A DNA stretch of 61,057 nt from Thermoflexales bacterium (GTDB lineage Bacteria > Chloroflexota > Anaerolineae > B4-G1 > DUEL01), in contig JACIWQ010000003.1 of assembly GCA_014360895.1 (NCBI GenBank), positions 1-61,057 of the forward strand, read 5' to 3'. The notes beneath the pieces are model-generated. The model was not told the DNA's origin, ran no database searches, and saw nothing but the letters and a program-made list of their open reading frames with translations. This document shows positions 33,696-42,847 of this stretch, one piece after another (position 1 is the stretch's first letter; the number at the start of each line of letters is the position of its first letter). The position numbers and the translations under genes were made by a program.

Positions 33696-35333
33696 ATGCG
33701 AGAAAGCAGGTTTATCGGCATACTGATCATTCTGCTGGTCGCCCTTTGTCTGATGATCGGGATAGTCGGGATCGCGACCTGGGCTTATGCCCAGTATCCC
33801 GACCGTCCGGTTTTTGTGTTTCTCTCTGGAGCAACGACAACCCCAACTTCCACGCGAACTCCGCCTCCCAGTCCAACCCCAGTGCCCACGCCGGTTCCTT
33901 CTCCGACCTCCAGCCCCGCCCCCTCACCGACGCCGACGTTATTCAAGGCAACTTCACAGCCCCGACCCACTCGGCACCCTTCCCCCACGCCCACACCGGA
34001 ACCGACCGTTGTACTCCCGACGGAAGCGGTTCCTCTGCCCGAGGGGGTGCCCATTCCGGCGGACCTGTACTTTATCCGGGACGGCGGCCTCTGGCGCTGG
34101 TCGGAGCAGGGGAGATTGGAACAACTCGTTGCCCCGCCCCAGCAGAGTGGCACCGCCGGGAGTATATGGGCCAGACCGGTTGCGGGCGCGCTCCCACGTC
34201 CCACAGGCGTCACCAACTACCGCGTCAGCCCGGATGGGAAGTTTGTGATCTATTCCTACACGCGCCGGGAGCGGGCGGAGTACCGGTCTGAAATCCGGGT
34301 CCTGGTTCTGGAGACAGGGGAAACCCTGTACCTTCCGACCATAGCTATGCTTCCTCCTTCGTCACCGATAACCCCCGACATGGACATCGTTCCCGATGGG
34401 AAAATAGCCCTCTACCTGGCCTGGGGAGTTCGCCCGACAGTTCCGGGCGGTCAGGTTTTTGACCCCGAAGAAGCGGGGAACTACGGAACTATTCTGGCGG
34501 TGGAAATCCGCAACCCGAACCGGGAGTACGAATTGGGATATTGTGCCGGGCGAAAGGTGATTCTCTGGGATACAGAGCAACAACTGCCCTGCAGAGGTTT
34601 CGTGCTCTCGCCAGATGGTGCCCGCGTCGCGTTCGTGGACGGCAGAGGAATATGGGTCTCGGATTTCTCGGGAAGGGCTCCTCGTCTGATAGCGGAACAC
34701 CAGAGCGGATTCTGTGGAATCTGGCGGTCAGTCCGATGGTCCCCGGACGGGAAATCCCTTCTGGCGGAAATGGTCTGCTACGAGTCCATAGGCCTGACCC
34801 TGATAGAGGTGGAAACGGGGGCGCGCTATACGCTGCATCCCACCTGGAGACATGTCGGCTTCGTGACCACTTCTCTGAGTCACCAGCGGAGCGAACTTCT
34901 GGTCGCGCACATCGCTGAACTGGACACAGGTTACCTGGACCGGATTTCCCTGGATAATCCGGCGGATAAAATTTCCCTGCTCTCCTCCCGGAACTTCTGG
35001 CCCACCTATCCTGTAGAGTTGCTGGACAGTCGGATTGCCATGGCCAACCAGCGATGCGCTGAAATGGAAGGGCCGGCGCCGGGGATTTACACGGTAGCCC
35101 CGGACGGGCGGGAACTGCGGTTTCTCTCACCCCTCCCCGCCGTTTCCTGCGAGACCCTGGATTTTGGGAAAATTCTCTGGTCTCCCGATGGCAGAGCTTA
35201 CCTGTACCTGAAGGATGACCATCCCCTGCTTTTGGGGATGACGGACGGCTCGGCGTTGTGGGATGTGCAGGACCTGTTGTCGGGGGCCCACACCTTTCAG
35301 TGGAGGCCACCCTATGCCGGATACATTCCCTGA
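33696..35333 (+). CDS. Membrane-anchored protein with Pro/Thr-rich linker and PD40/TolB-like beta-propeller repeats
   Basis: N-terminal TM helix and a PTPSP-type linker. Recurrent [VLW]SPDG motifs (VSPDGKFVIY, LSPDGARVAF, WSPDGKSLLA, APDGREL, WSPDGRAYLY). Confidence 0.6.
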   Translation: MRESRFIGILIILLVALCLMIGIVGIATWAYAQYPDRPVFVFLSGATTTPTSTRTPPPSPTPVPTPVPSPTSSPAPSPTPTLFKATSQPRPTRHPSPTPTPEPTVVLPTEAVPLPEGVPIPADLYFIRDGGLWRWSEQGRLEQLVAPPQQSGTAGSIWARPVAGALPRPTGVTNYRVSPDGKFVIYSYTRRERAEYRSEIRVLVLETGETLYLPTIAMLPPSSPITPDMDIVPDGKIALYLAWGVRPTVPGGQVFDPEEAGNYGTILAVEIRNPNREYELGYCAGRKVILWDTEQQLPCRGFVLSPDGARVAFVDGRGIWVSDFSGRAPRLIAEHQSGFCGIWRSVRWSPDGKSLLAEMVCYESIGLTLIEVETGARYTLHPTWRHVGFVTTSLSHQRSELLVAHIAELDTGYLDRISLDNPADKISLLSSRNFWPTYPVELLDSRIAMANQRCAEMEGPAPGIYTVAPDGRELRFLSPLPAVSCETLDFGKILWSPDGRAYLYLKDDHPLLLGMTDGSALWDVQDLLSGAHTFQWRPPYAGYIP

Positions 35334-35370
35334 CCTGACCATGACCATCACCAAAGCGAGGAGGAACATT

Positions 35371-35862
35371 ATGCCCACACCCAGAACGGTCGGAGAGTTG
35401 CTGGACACCCTGATTGCGATGGAGAAAGCGTCGCAGGATTTCCACCTGCAGCTCCACCGGATGTTCGCCCATCACCCCACGGCGGCGGAGGTCTTCTGGG
35501 CCATGGCCGCCGATGAGGCGCTGCACATCTGGATGCTCCAGCAGGCGCGAGATTCCCTCACGCCTCAACAGGCGGCATCTCCCCCGCCTCCCGAGGTCAT
35601 CCAGAAAGTCGCGGCCCTGGGGGCCATCAATCCGGAAAAAATCCTGAACGACATCCAGACGCTGGAGAACGCCTACCAGACCCTTCATGAACTGGAGGCT
35701 TACGAGTTCGGCGCGGTGCTGGATTTCGTCCTCTCGGAGTTCTTCCCCGCCGAGTACCAGCGGCAGTTCCTGGTCTCCCAGTTGAGGGACCACATGGGCA
35801 GATTGGAGCGACTGGGACCTCCTGAATGGCGTCAGGAAATTTTGGCAATTAAAGAGGTATAG
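35371..35862 (+). CDS. Ferritin-like/rubrerythrin-like four-helix protein (hypothetical)
   Basis: GAGGAGG precedes the ATG at 35371. Helical protein with paired E..H-like motifs (AADEALHIW, LHELEAYEFG). Assignment is tentative. Confidence 0.45.
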   Translation: MPTPRTVGELLDTLIAMEKASQDFHLQLHRMFAHHPTAAEVFWAMAADEALHIWMLQQARDSLTPQQAASPPPPEVIQKVAALGAINPEKILNDIQTLENAYQTLHELEAYEFGAVLDFVLSEFFPAEYQRQFLVSQLRDHMGRLERLGPPEWRQEILAIKEV

Positions 35863-35866
35863 ACAA

Positions 35867-37000
35867 ATGGAAGAGAAAAGCGTCGTCTACTTCGCGACGG
35901 CCCGCGCGACCCGTTGGGACTACCAGCACAGCCTCGCCGCCCGGCTGGAGCGGATGCTGGAGCAGCTGGACCTGGGTAGCCGGATTGAGAAAAACGAGTA
36001 CGTGGCCATCAAGACCCATTTCGGGTCGGACGGGGCCCACCGCATTGTGCGCCCTCTCTTCCTGCGCAAGGTCGCGGACGCGGTCAAGGCCGTCGGGGGG
36101 AAACCCTTTGTCTGCGACACGGTGCGCATCAACGGATGGGACTATCTGGAGGTCGCCAACCAGAACGGGATCAACCCCCAATCCGTCGGGTGTCCGGTCA
36201 TCCTGGCCGACGGCCTCTTCGGCCACGATAGCGTGGAAGTGCCCTCCGGCCCCGTTTTGGGGAGCATCCGGATCGCGTCGGCCATCTACGACGCCCCGGC
36301 GATGATCGTCGTCTCCCACTGCAAGGGGCACATTGAGGCTGGCTATGGCGGGGCCATTAAGAACCTGGCGATGGGCGGCGTGGCGGGCCGTCACCGCAGC
36401 GGCGACTGGCGGCAGGCTCGCGGCCACCTCCACGCCGCGGGGCCCGACGCCTCGGTGGTCCGCTACCCGGAGTTGTGCATCCTCTGCCTGCAGTGTCTCC
36501 ACGTCTGCCCGGTGGGAGCTATCTCCGAGGCGGAAGGAAGCCTTGTGGTGGACGACGAGAAATGCTGGCGCTGCGGGCGCTGTGAACGGGTTTGTCCGGA
36601 GGGAGCCATCCGCCTTCAGAAGCGGGGGCGGGACGAGTTCCAGGCCGGGCTGGCGGAGGCCGCGAAGGCCGTCCTCTCCACCTTCAAGCCCGGCAAAGTC
36701 GTCTTCCTGAACTTTGCGCTGGAGGTCCAGCCGGAGTGCGACTGCATGCCGATGGCCGACACGCCCCTGGTCCAGGACCAGGGTATCTTCGGCGGGGATG
36801 ACATTGTGGCAGTGGAGCAGGCGACGCTGGACGCCATCAACGGTGCGATCCCCCTCCCCCAGTCCGCCGCCGCCGACCGGGGAGTCCGGCCCGGCGAGCG
36901 CGTCCTGGCGGAGACGCTGGGGATAGACGGGCAGTTCCATGTGGACGCGGCCGCCGCGTTGGGGATGGGGCGGCGAGAGTACCGGTTGGTAGAGGTCTGA
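35867..37000 (+). CDS. DUF362 domain protein with an inserted 4Fe-4S dicluster ferredoxin domain
   Basis: VAIKTHFG...G.KPFVCDT DUF362 start. CILCLQCLHVCP and CWRCGRCERVCP are the ferredoxin motifs. Confidence 0.8.
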   Translation: MEEKSVVYFATARATRWDYQHSLAARLERMLEQLDLGSRIEKNEYVAIKTHFGSDGAHRIVRPLFLRKVADAVKAVGGKPFVCDTVRINGWDYLEVANQNGINPQSVGCPVILADGLFGHDSVEVPSGPVLGSIRIASAIYDAPAMIVVSHCKGHIEAGYGGAIKNLAMGGVAGRHRSGDWRQARGHLHAAGPDASVVRYPELCILCLQCLHVCPVGAISEAEGSLVVDDEKCWRCGRCERVCPEGAIRLQKRGRDEFQAGLAEAAKAVLSTFKPGKVVFLNFALEVQPECDCMPMADTPLVQDQGIFGGDDIVAVEQATLDAINGAIPLPQSAAADRGVRPGERVLAETLGIDGQFHVDAAAALGMGRREYRLVEV

Positions 37001-37014
37001 AGAAGCCAAAAATA

Positions 37015-37042
37015 GCGCACCACGACCAGAGTCGCGGTGCGC
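37015..37042. terminator. Hairpin between convergent DUF362 and rpsT genes
   Basis: gcgcaccacgac (37015-37026) / gtcgcggtgcgc (37031-37042), a 12-bp stem with one G-U/A-C position and a 4-nt loop. Preceded by aaaaata. Confidence 0.45.
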
Positions 37043-37072
37043 ACAGGAGGGAGCAGCGGGGCGGGACGCTGC

Positions 37073-37345
37073 TTACGATTTACTCATGGTCTGGTGAAAA
37101 AATCGCATCAGCCGCGACTTGCGTCGGGCGGCGTTATTCTTATGGATGATACCCTTCTCGGCCGCCTTGTCCAGCGCGCTGTATGCCCGACGGATGGCCT
37201 CCTGGGCCTCCTCTAGCCGACCCGAGAGGATGGCCAGGCGGGCCTTTTTGACCATCGTGCGGGCACGGGTGCGGAACATCTGGTTGCGAAGCCGCCGACG
37301 CTCGTTTTTGCGCATATTTTTGATAGCCGACTTCGTATTTGCCAA
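37073..37345 (-). CDS. rpsT: 30S ribosomal protein S20
   Basis: [20 protein letters not shown]...[19 protein letters not shown] start at 37343-37345 preceded by GGAGGG. Confidence 0.92.
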   Translation of the reverse strand: MANTKSAIKNMRKNERRRLRNQMFRTRARTMVKKARLAILSGRLEEAQEAIRRAYSALDKAAEKGIIHKNNAARRKSRLMRFFHQTMSKS

Positions 37346-37375
37346 CGCTTCCCTCCGGAATGGAAATGCGGGTAT

Positions 37376-37404
37376 ATTCTACCGCAATTTGCTGAATTTG
37401 TCCA
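37376..37404 (-). promoter_or_regulatory. Sigma70-like promoter of rpsT
   Basis: Minus strand reads TGGACA (37404-37399), 17 nt spacer, TAGAAT (37381-37376). Confidence 0.5.
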
Positions 37405-37420
37405 GCGCGTTTGCGGTGGC

Positions 37421-38176
37421 CTACATCGCCGCCCGGCGCAACATGGAAATTAACCACAAGCGCGCCGGATGTTCTACCCTCTCCAGTGCGGCAACGACTT
37501 CTTCTACGTCGTAGGCCACCCGCCGCAGGGTGACGGTGCACTCCGGGCCGTTGAAGTCCAGAAGGGCATAGGCGGCGCGGGGGTCGCCGTCCAGCGGCAG
37601 GCCGACGCTCCCCCCGTTGACCAGCCGTACCCCGCCCACCTCCCGGTCCAGCGGGCGATGCGTGTGCCCGTAAACCATGAGGCGCGCATCCAGACCAGAG
37701 AGATGGGGGAGAATCTGCTCCTCCGGCGTGTCGGGGAAGATGTTGGCCTCGTCGTCGCCGGGGACGGCGTGAACCGCCACCACGCGGCCGTAGCTGGGGA
37801 GGTCCATCTCCAGCCGCGTCGGCAGGTCGCGCAGGAAGAGGTAGTCCTCCCAGGCCAGTCGCCCCACCGTCCAGCGGAATAGCGCGTCCCGCATCTCCAG
37901 GAAGCTGGGCATGCGGGCCCAGTCCTCCGGAGAACGGACGGGCGCCAGCGGGCGGCGCCCGGTGACCAGATAACGGTCGGTGTTCCCCTGCAGGAAGGAG
38001 ACGTTGGGGAGCGCCCGCAGGCGGGCCAGTGTCTCCCCGGGCCAGGGGCAGAAGGCGACCAGGTCGCCCAGCACCCAGTAGAAGTCCGGCCGGCCCTGGC
38101 CCTCTATATCCGCCAGGACCGCCTCCAGCGCCGGCAGGTTGCCGTGGGTGTCGGAAAGGATAGCCAGTCGGGTCAT
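37421..38176 (-). CDS. Metallophosphoesterase (calcineurin-like, YfcE/MJ0936 type)
   Basis: ILSDTHGN, VLGDLV, GNTD, YGHTH, GSVG motifs. Confidence 0.85.
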   Translation of the reverse strand: MTRLAILSDTHGNLPALEAVLADIEGQGRPDFYWVLGDLVAFCPWPGETLARLRALPNVSFLQGNTDRYLVTGRRPLAPVRSPEDWARMPSFLEMRDALFRWTVGRLAWEDYLFLRDLPTRLEMDLPSYGRVVAVHAVPGDDEANIFPDTPEEQILPHLSGLDARLMVYGHTHRPLDREVGGVRLVNGGSVGLPLDGDPRAAYALLDFNGPECTVTLRRVAYDVEEVVAALERVEHPARLWLISMLRRAAM

Positions 38177-38185
38177 GGAACCTCC

Positions 38186-38623
38186 TCAGTCATCCCTCCC
38201 TCCTCGGATGCCCGGCAGGCAGAGAGTCCCCCACACGACGGCCAGAAAAAGTAAGGAAAGCACCAGGTCGCGCGGGCGGGTCTGTCGGGCATAGTCGGAC
38301 GCGTCAAAGAGTAGATGGTTCAGCCAGACGTGGGCCTGGTAGAGCGTCACCACGGCCAGGGTGACCCACCGGCTCCAGGGACGCCCCAATTGAAGGCTCA
38401 CCGCGCAGGCTATCAGCGCAATTCCCCAGAAAATCCCCATCCCTGCCAGATAGGCCCAGGGGACGGTCAACGGGAGGTCGGGGAGCGCGCGGGCGTAGTG
38501 GAGGGCCATCACGGCCCGCCCCAGATTGCCCAGGCCGATTCCGGCAATCAGCAGGATGATGTTAGCTCTCAACCAGCGGGAAGACGAGGCCGTCACAGCT
38601 CCCCCCGCAGTTCCGGCATACAT
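38186..38623 (-). CDS. Hypothetical 4-TM membrane protein
   Basis: 145 aa with four hydrophobic segments. Overlaps the upstream deacetylase gene by 31 nt. No family recognised. Confidence 0.45.
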   Translation of the reverse strand: MYAGTAGGAVTASSSRWLRANIILLIAGIGLGNLGRAVMALHYARALPDLPLTVPWAYLAGMGIFWGIALIACAVSLQLGRPWSRWVTLAVVTLYQAHVWLNHLLFDASDYARQTRPRDLVLSLLFLAVVWGTLCLPGIRGGRDD

Positions 38624-39465
38624 AACGGCGTCCCCGCACCGCGCCAGGGGAGCCAGCCCAAAAACATCCCCAGCGAGTGGAGACCGTTCACTTCCGTCCG
38701 CCGGAGGTAGTACCGGCGTTCCAGCCGCTGGACGGGGGAGGCTCCCAGTCCTACGGCGACCTGGTAGCCCGCCCGCTCCAGCATCGCGGGCAGACCCTTC
38801 CGGTAGCCACCGTAGGGATAGGCGAAACTGACCGCCGAAACTCCCAATTTCTCCTCCAAAACTTCTCTGGAACGGGCAATCTCCCGCCAGGCCTCCGGGT
38901 CGTCCGCATCCGCCAGGTTGACATGTTTGCGCCCGTGGGATGCAATCTCCATTCCGGCGTCCCGCAGTTCGGCCAGTTCTTCCCAGGTCATAAACCGGGA
39001 GTAGCCCACAAACGAAGTGCTGACAAAGAATGTGGCCCGCATGCCGTATCGCTGGAGAATCGGGAAGGCGATGTCGTACTGTTCGCGCCAGCCGTCGTCA
39101 AAGGTCAGCGCGATGGGGCGTTGGGGTAGCGTCGCCTTCCCGTCCAGCGCGGCGGCAATCTCACTGACGGTGACCGGGTGGTAGCCCAGTTGTTTCAGGA
39201 GTAACAGTTGGGCCTCAAAATCGGCTGCCGTCACGTTGAACCGGGAGACGGAGTGCCCGCCCCGCTCCAGTTTCTCTCGTCCGATGAAGTGGTACAGGAG
39301 AACCGGTATCAGCATCTCCCCGTCCTTCAGGTTGTACGTGGGGTCGGGGGCACAGAGATGTTCCATAAAATCGGGGCCATACGGCGGGGAATCCGCCCGA
39401 ACGACGCCGCCCACCGGGGTGAGGCAGAGAATGATGGCAAGGATGAGCCAGAAGAAGACGCGCAT
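38593..39465 (-). CDS. Polysaccharide deacetylase (NodB homology) family protein
   Basis: Signal/TM start MRVFFWLILAIILCL. LTFDDGW, ATFFV, and SHGRKH motifs. Confidence 0.85.
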   Translation of the reverse strand: MRVFFWLILAIILCLTPVGGVVRADSPPYGPDFMEHLCAPDPTYNLKDGEMLIPVLLYHFIGREKLERGGHSVSRFNVTAADFEAQLLLLKQLGYHPVTVSEIAAALDGKATLPQRPIALTFDDGWREQYDIAFPILQRYGMRATFFVSTSFVGYSRFMTWEELAELRDAGMEIASHGRKHVNLADADDPEAWREIARSREVLEEKLGVSAVSFAYPYGGYRKGLPAMLERAGYQVAVGLGASPVQRLERRYYLRRTEVNGLHSLGMFLGWLPWRGAGTPLCMPELRGEL

Positions 39466-39564
39466 GGGCCCTCCGGTATCCAGCAAGCCATGAGGTTTCG
39501 TATCTCACTACGGACGGGAGTACGCCGGTAGTAAGCGACAAAAGGAAGGGGAATCGCGTTCGGG

Positions 39565-41154
39565 CTACGAATGGTACGTCCATTGGCCTCCGACCATTGT
39601 CCCCAGAACATGGGTCTGGGGAATGAGGGACGGGTCGGTGGTGAAGATGTCCCGGTCCAGCACCACCAGGTCGGCCCACTTGCCGGGGGTCAGGGTGCCC
39701 AGCCGGGATTCCAACCCCGCTGCGTAGGCCGCGCCCCAGGTGTAGGCCCGGACGGCCTCCTCCACAGTGATGCGCTGGGACGGAATCCACCCCTCGGGGC
39801 CGCCGTACCCGTCCGGGCGGGAGCGGGTCACCGCCGCGTGGATGCCCAAGAAGGGGTTGGGGCTCTCCACCGGGCAATCGGAGCCGAAGGCCAGGACGGT
39901 CCCGGTATCCAGGAGACTGCGCCATGCGTAGGCGGTCGCGCAGCGGGCGGGGCCCCAGTACCGGTCGGCCATCGGCGCATCCTGGACGGCGTGGATGGGT
40001 TGCATGGAGGCCACGACGCCCAGCGCGGCCAGCCGGCCCACGTCGTCCGGATGGAGCAACTGGACGTGTTCTATGCGGTGGCGGAGGCGCGCGCGGTTCT
40101 CCGGCGGCAGGGCTTCCAGGGCATCCAGCACCAGCCGGTTGGCCCGGTCGCCGATGGCGTGCACGGCCAGCGCCAGCCCGCCCTCCGCCGCCTGCCGGAC
40201 CACCCTCTGCAGTTCTTCTGGCTCCAGGGTCAGGATGCCCCGGTTGTCGGGCTCGCCGATGTACGGTTCCAGCATGGCCGCGGTGCGGGGCCCCAGCGCG
40301 CCGTCGGCGAAGAGTTTGACGCCGCCGATACGCAGGAAGTCATCGCCCAGACCGAAGCGCAGCCGGAGCGCCCGCGCGTGGTCCAGCCCTTCCAGGGGCA
40401 GATAGAAGACGGCGCGCAGGAGAAGGGGAGCTCCGTCCTCCCGAAGTCGCTGGCACGCCTCCAGCGCGATCAGGTCGCCCATGTCGTGGATGGCGGTCAG
40501 GCCCAGACGGGCCAGGTGCTCCAGCGCGGGCGGGATCATCCGCGCCAGCGCCGCCGCGTCCGGGTACGGGACGGCCTGCTGAATCAACCGCATGGCCTCT
40601 TCCAGAAAGAGGCCGATGGGGCGGCCCGATTCGTCCCGAACCACCTGCCCGCCGGGCGGACTGGGGGTATCGGCGGTGATGCCGGCCTGCTCCATCGCGC
40701 GGGTGTTGGCGACCAGCGCGTGCCCGCTTTTGGCCACCAGCAGAACGGGGTGGTGGGGCGCAACGGCGTCCAGGTCGGCGGCGGTGGGGAACCGGCGGTC
40801 GGGCCACTCTTCCTGATGCCACCCCCGGCCCAGAATCCACTCCCCCGCCGGGGTGACGGCGGCCCGCGCGGCCACCCGGGCCAGCATCTCCTCCCGCGAG
40901 GCCGTCCCGGTCAGGTCCACCTGCCCCAGCCCCAGCGCAAACCATGAGAGGTGGATGTGGCTGTCGGCCAGGCCCGGGAGGACGGTCCGTCCCTCCAGGT
41001 CCACCACCTCTGTCCCCGGGCCGGCCAGCGCGCGCAGGTCATCCCCGCCCACAGCCTGGACCCGCCCCCCGCAGACCGCCAGCGCGCGGGCCCGGGGGCA
41101 GTGCGGGTCCATCGTGTAGATGCGTCCGTTGAACAGCACGGTATCTGGGTTCAT
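39565..41154 (-). CDS. Amidohydrolase family protein (Amidohydro_3 / YtcJ-like)
   Basis: VLPGLADSHIHL metal-binding HxH, AVHAIGD, HVQL, and GSDCPVE motifs. Confidence 0.85.
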   Translation of the reverse strand: MNPDTVLFNGRIYTMDPHCPRARALAVCGGRVQAVGGDDLRALAGPGTEVVDLEGRTVLPGLADSHIHLSWFALGLGQVDLTGTASREEMLARVAARAAVTPAGEWILGRGWHQEEWPDRRFPTAADLDAVAPHHPVLLVAKSGHALVANTRAMEQAGITADTPSPPGGQVVRDESGRPIGLFLEEAMRLIQQAVPYPDAAALARMIPPALEHLARLGLTAIHDMGDLIALEACQRLREDGAPLLLRAVFYLPLEGLDHARALRLRFGLGDDFLRIGGVKLFADGALGPRTAAMLEPYIGEPDNRGILTLEPEELQRVVRQAAEGGLALAVHAIGDRANRLVLDALEALPPENRARLRHRIEHVQLLHPDDVGRLAALGVVASMQPIHAVQDAPMADRYWGPARCATAYAWRSLLDTGTVLAFGSDCPVESPNPFLGIHAAVTRSRPDGYGGPEGWIPSQRITVEEAVRAYTWGAAYAAGLESRLGTLTPGKWADLVVLDRDIFTTDPSLIPQTHVLGTMVGGQWTYHS

Positions 41155-41183
41155 TCAACCTCACCGGAAATGGGTAGGATATA

Positions 41184-41341
41184 GGGTTGACAGGATTGAC
41201 AAGATTGACAAGATTTTGTGGGGTTGATAGACAGGATTGACAAGATTGACAAGATTTTATAGGGTTAATGGGCAGGATTGATAAGATTGACAAGATTTTA
41301 TAGGGTTTTGCTCCATCCTGTTCATCCTGTAAATCCTGTCA
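41184..41341. repeat. Three ~40-nt direct repeats built from GATTGACAA words, plus one inverted copy
   Basis: Units start at 41184, 41221 and 41263. The inverted arm atcctgttcatcctgtaaatcctgtca lies at 41315-41341. There are six exact TTGACA and two TTGATA hexamers on the plus strand. Lies in the divergent intergenic region between two amidohydrolase genes. Confidence 0.85.
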
Positions 41342-41484
41342 GAGGAAGGCAGACGGCAACCTGAATTCCAGGTCGGCCAGGTAGCGACACATCAGGGGGC
41401 CCATCTCGCGCGCCTTCCGTGCCTTTCGCGCCTTCCCTATCCGGTGTATAATTATAGTCACCTTCCCCTGGAGGAAAAATCGCC

Positions 41485-42810
41485 ATGCGCCTGCTCATCC
41501 GCCAGGTTGCCGCCATCCCGCTGGACGGGGAACACGACCTGCTCCCTGAAGTGGATATTGCCGTAGAGGACGGGCGAATTCGGGCCATCGGGGCCGTCCC
41601 GCCCGATTTCGTGCCCGAACAGACGGTGGACGGGCGGGAACTGCTGGCTCTGCCGGCCTTCTTCAACGCCCACACCCACGCCGCGATGACGCTGGAGCGG
41701 GGCTGGGCGGAAGACCTGCCCTTTGACCGCTGGCTGAACGAGAAAATCTGGGTCGCCGAGTCGGCATTGGAGGAAGAAGACGTCTACTGGGGCGCGGCGC
41801 TGGCCTGTTGCGAGATGATCCGCTCCGGCATCGTCGGCTTTGCCGACCACTACTTCTGGATGCATCAGGTCGCCCGCGCGGTCGCCGAGGCCGGGATGAA
41901 GGCCCATCTGGCCTGGTGCCAGTTCGGTATCGGCGCCGAGCACGAAGTCGGCGGCGCCACGCTGGAGGACACGGTTGCCTTCATCCGGGAGTGGCACGGC
42001 GCCGCAGACGGCCGCATCCGCTGCGCGCTGGGCCCTCATTCCCCCTACATGTGCCCGCCGGAGTTCCTCCGCCGGATCGTGGAGGAGGCAGCGCGGCTGG
42101 GGGTGGGTATCCATCTGCATGTGGCCGAATCCGAGGAACAGGTCGCCAACTCGCTCCGGGCCCACGGCCGGACGCCCGTGGCCCACCTGGCCCACCTGGG
42201 CGTCTTGGACCACCCCACCATCGCCGCCCACTGTATCGCCGCCACCAATGAGGACCTGGGCATCCTGGCCCGGAAGGGCGTTTGGGTGGCCCATACCCCC
42301 AAGACCTATATGAAACTGGCCATGGGGATGGCCCCGCTGGACCGGTTCCTGGCGGCGGGGGTCCGGGTGGCGCTGGGGACGGACGGGCCGGCCTCCAACA
42401 ACAACCTGAATATGCTGGAGGTCCTGCGGATTGCGGGACTGGTGCACAAAAACCGGGTCGGCGACCCGGCGGCGTTCCCCCACGATCTGCTCCTGCGGCT
42501 GGCGACGCAGGAGGCGGCCCGCGCGCTGGGGTTTGCCGAAAGCGGCGTCCTGCGGCCCGGTGCCCCGGCCGACCTGATTCTGATGGATACCCGGGGGGTC
42601 CACTGGGCCCCGCGCCACGACCTGGCCGCGAACGTCGTCTACGCCAGCCACCCCGCCGACGTCCGCTACGTCTTCTGCGACGGCCGCCCCCTGCTGTGGG
42701 ACGGCGAACTGGTCACGCTGGACGAGGAGCGCATCCGCTACGAGGCGGAGCGGCGGGCCTTCCGCATGGTCGGCACCCCCATGCGGCAGGTGCGGAGGTA
42801 TCAGGGGTAG
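41485..42810 (+). CDS. Amidohydrolase, 5-methylthioadenosine/S-adenosylhomocysteine deaminase (MtaD)-like
   Basis: FFNAHTHAAMTL.RG, HLHVAES, GTDG.ASNN, with the overall SsnA/MtaD/guanine deaminase pattern. Confidence 0.75.
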   Translation: MRLLIRQVAAIPLDGEHDLLPEVDIAVEDGRIRAIGAVPPDFVPEQTVDGRELLALPAFFNAHTHAAMTLERGWAEDLPFDRWLNEKIWVAESALEEEDVYWGAALACCEMIRSGIVGFADHYFWMHQVARAVAEAGMKAHLAWCQFGIGAEHEVGGATLEDTVAFIREWHGAADGRIRCALGPHSPYMCPPEFLRRIVEEAARLGVGIHLHVAESEEQVANSLRAHGRTPVAHLAHLGVLDHPTIAAHCIAATNEDLGILARKGVWVAHTPKTYMKLAMGMAPLDRFLAAGVRVALGTDGPASNNNLNMLEVLRIAGLVHKNRVGDPAAFPHDLLLRLATQEAARALGFAESGVLRPGAPADLILMDTRGVHWAPRHDLAANVVYASHPADVRYVFCDGRPLLWDGELVTLDEERIRYEAERRAFRMVGTPMRQVRRYQG

Positions 42811-42847
42811 GGCACAAATCTCACCGTTCTACACCGGAGGCCACTGG

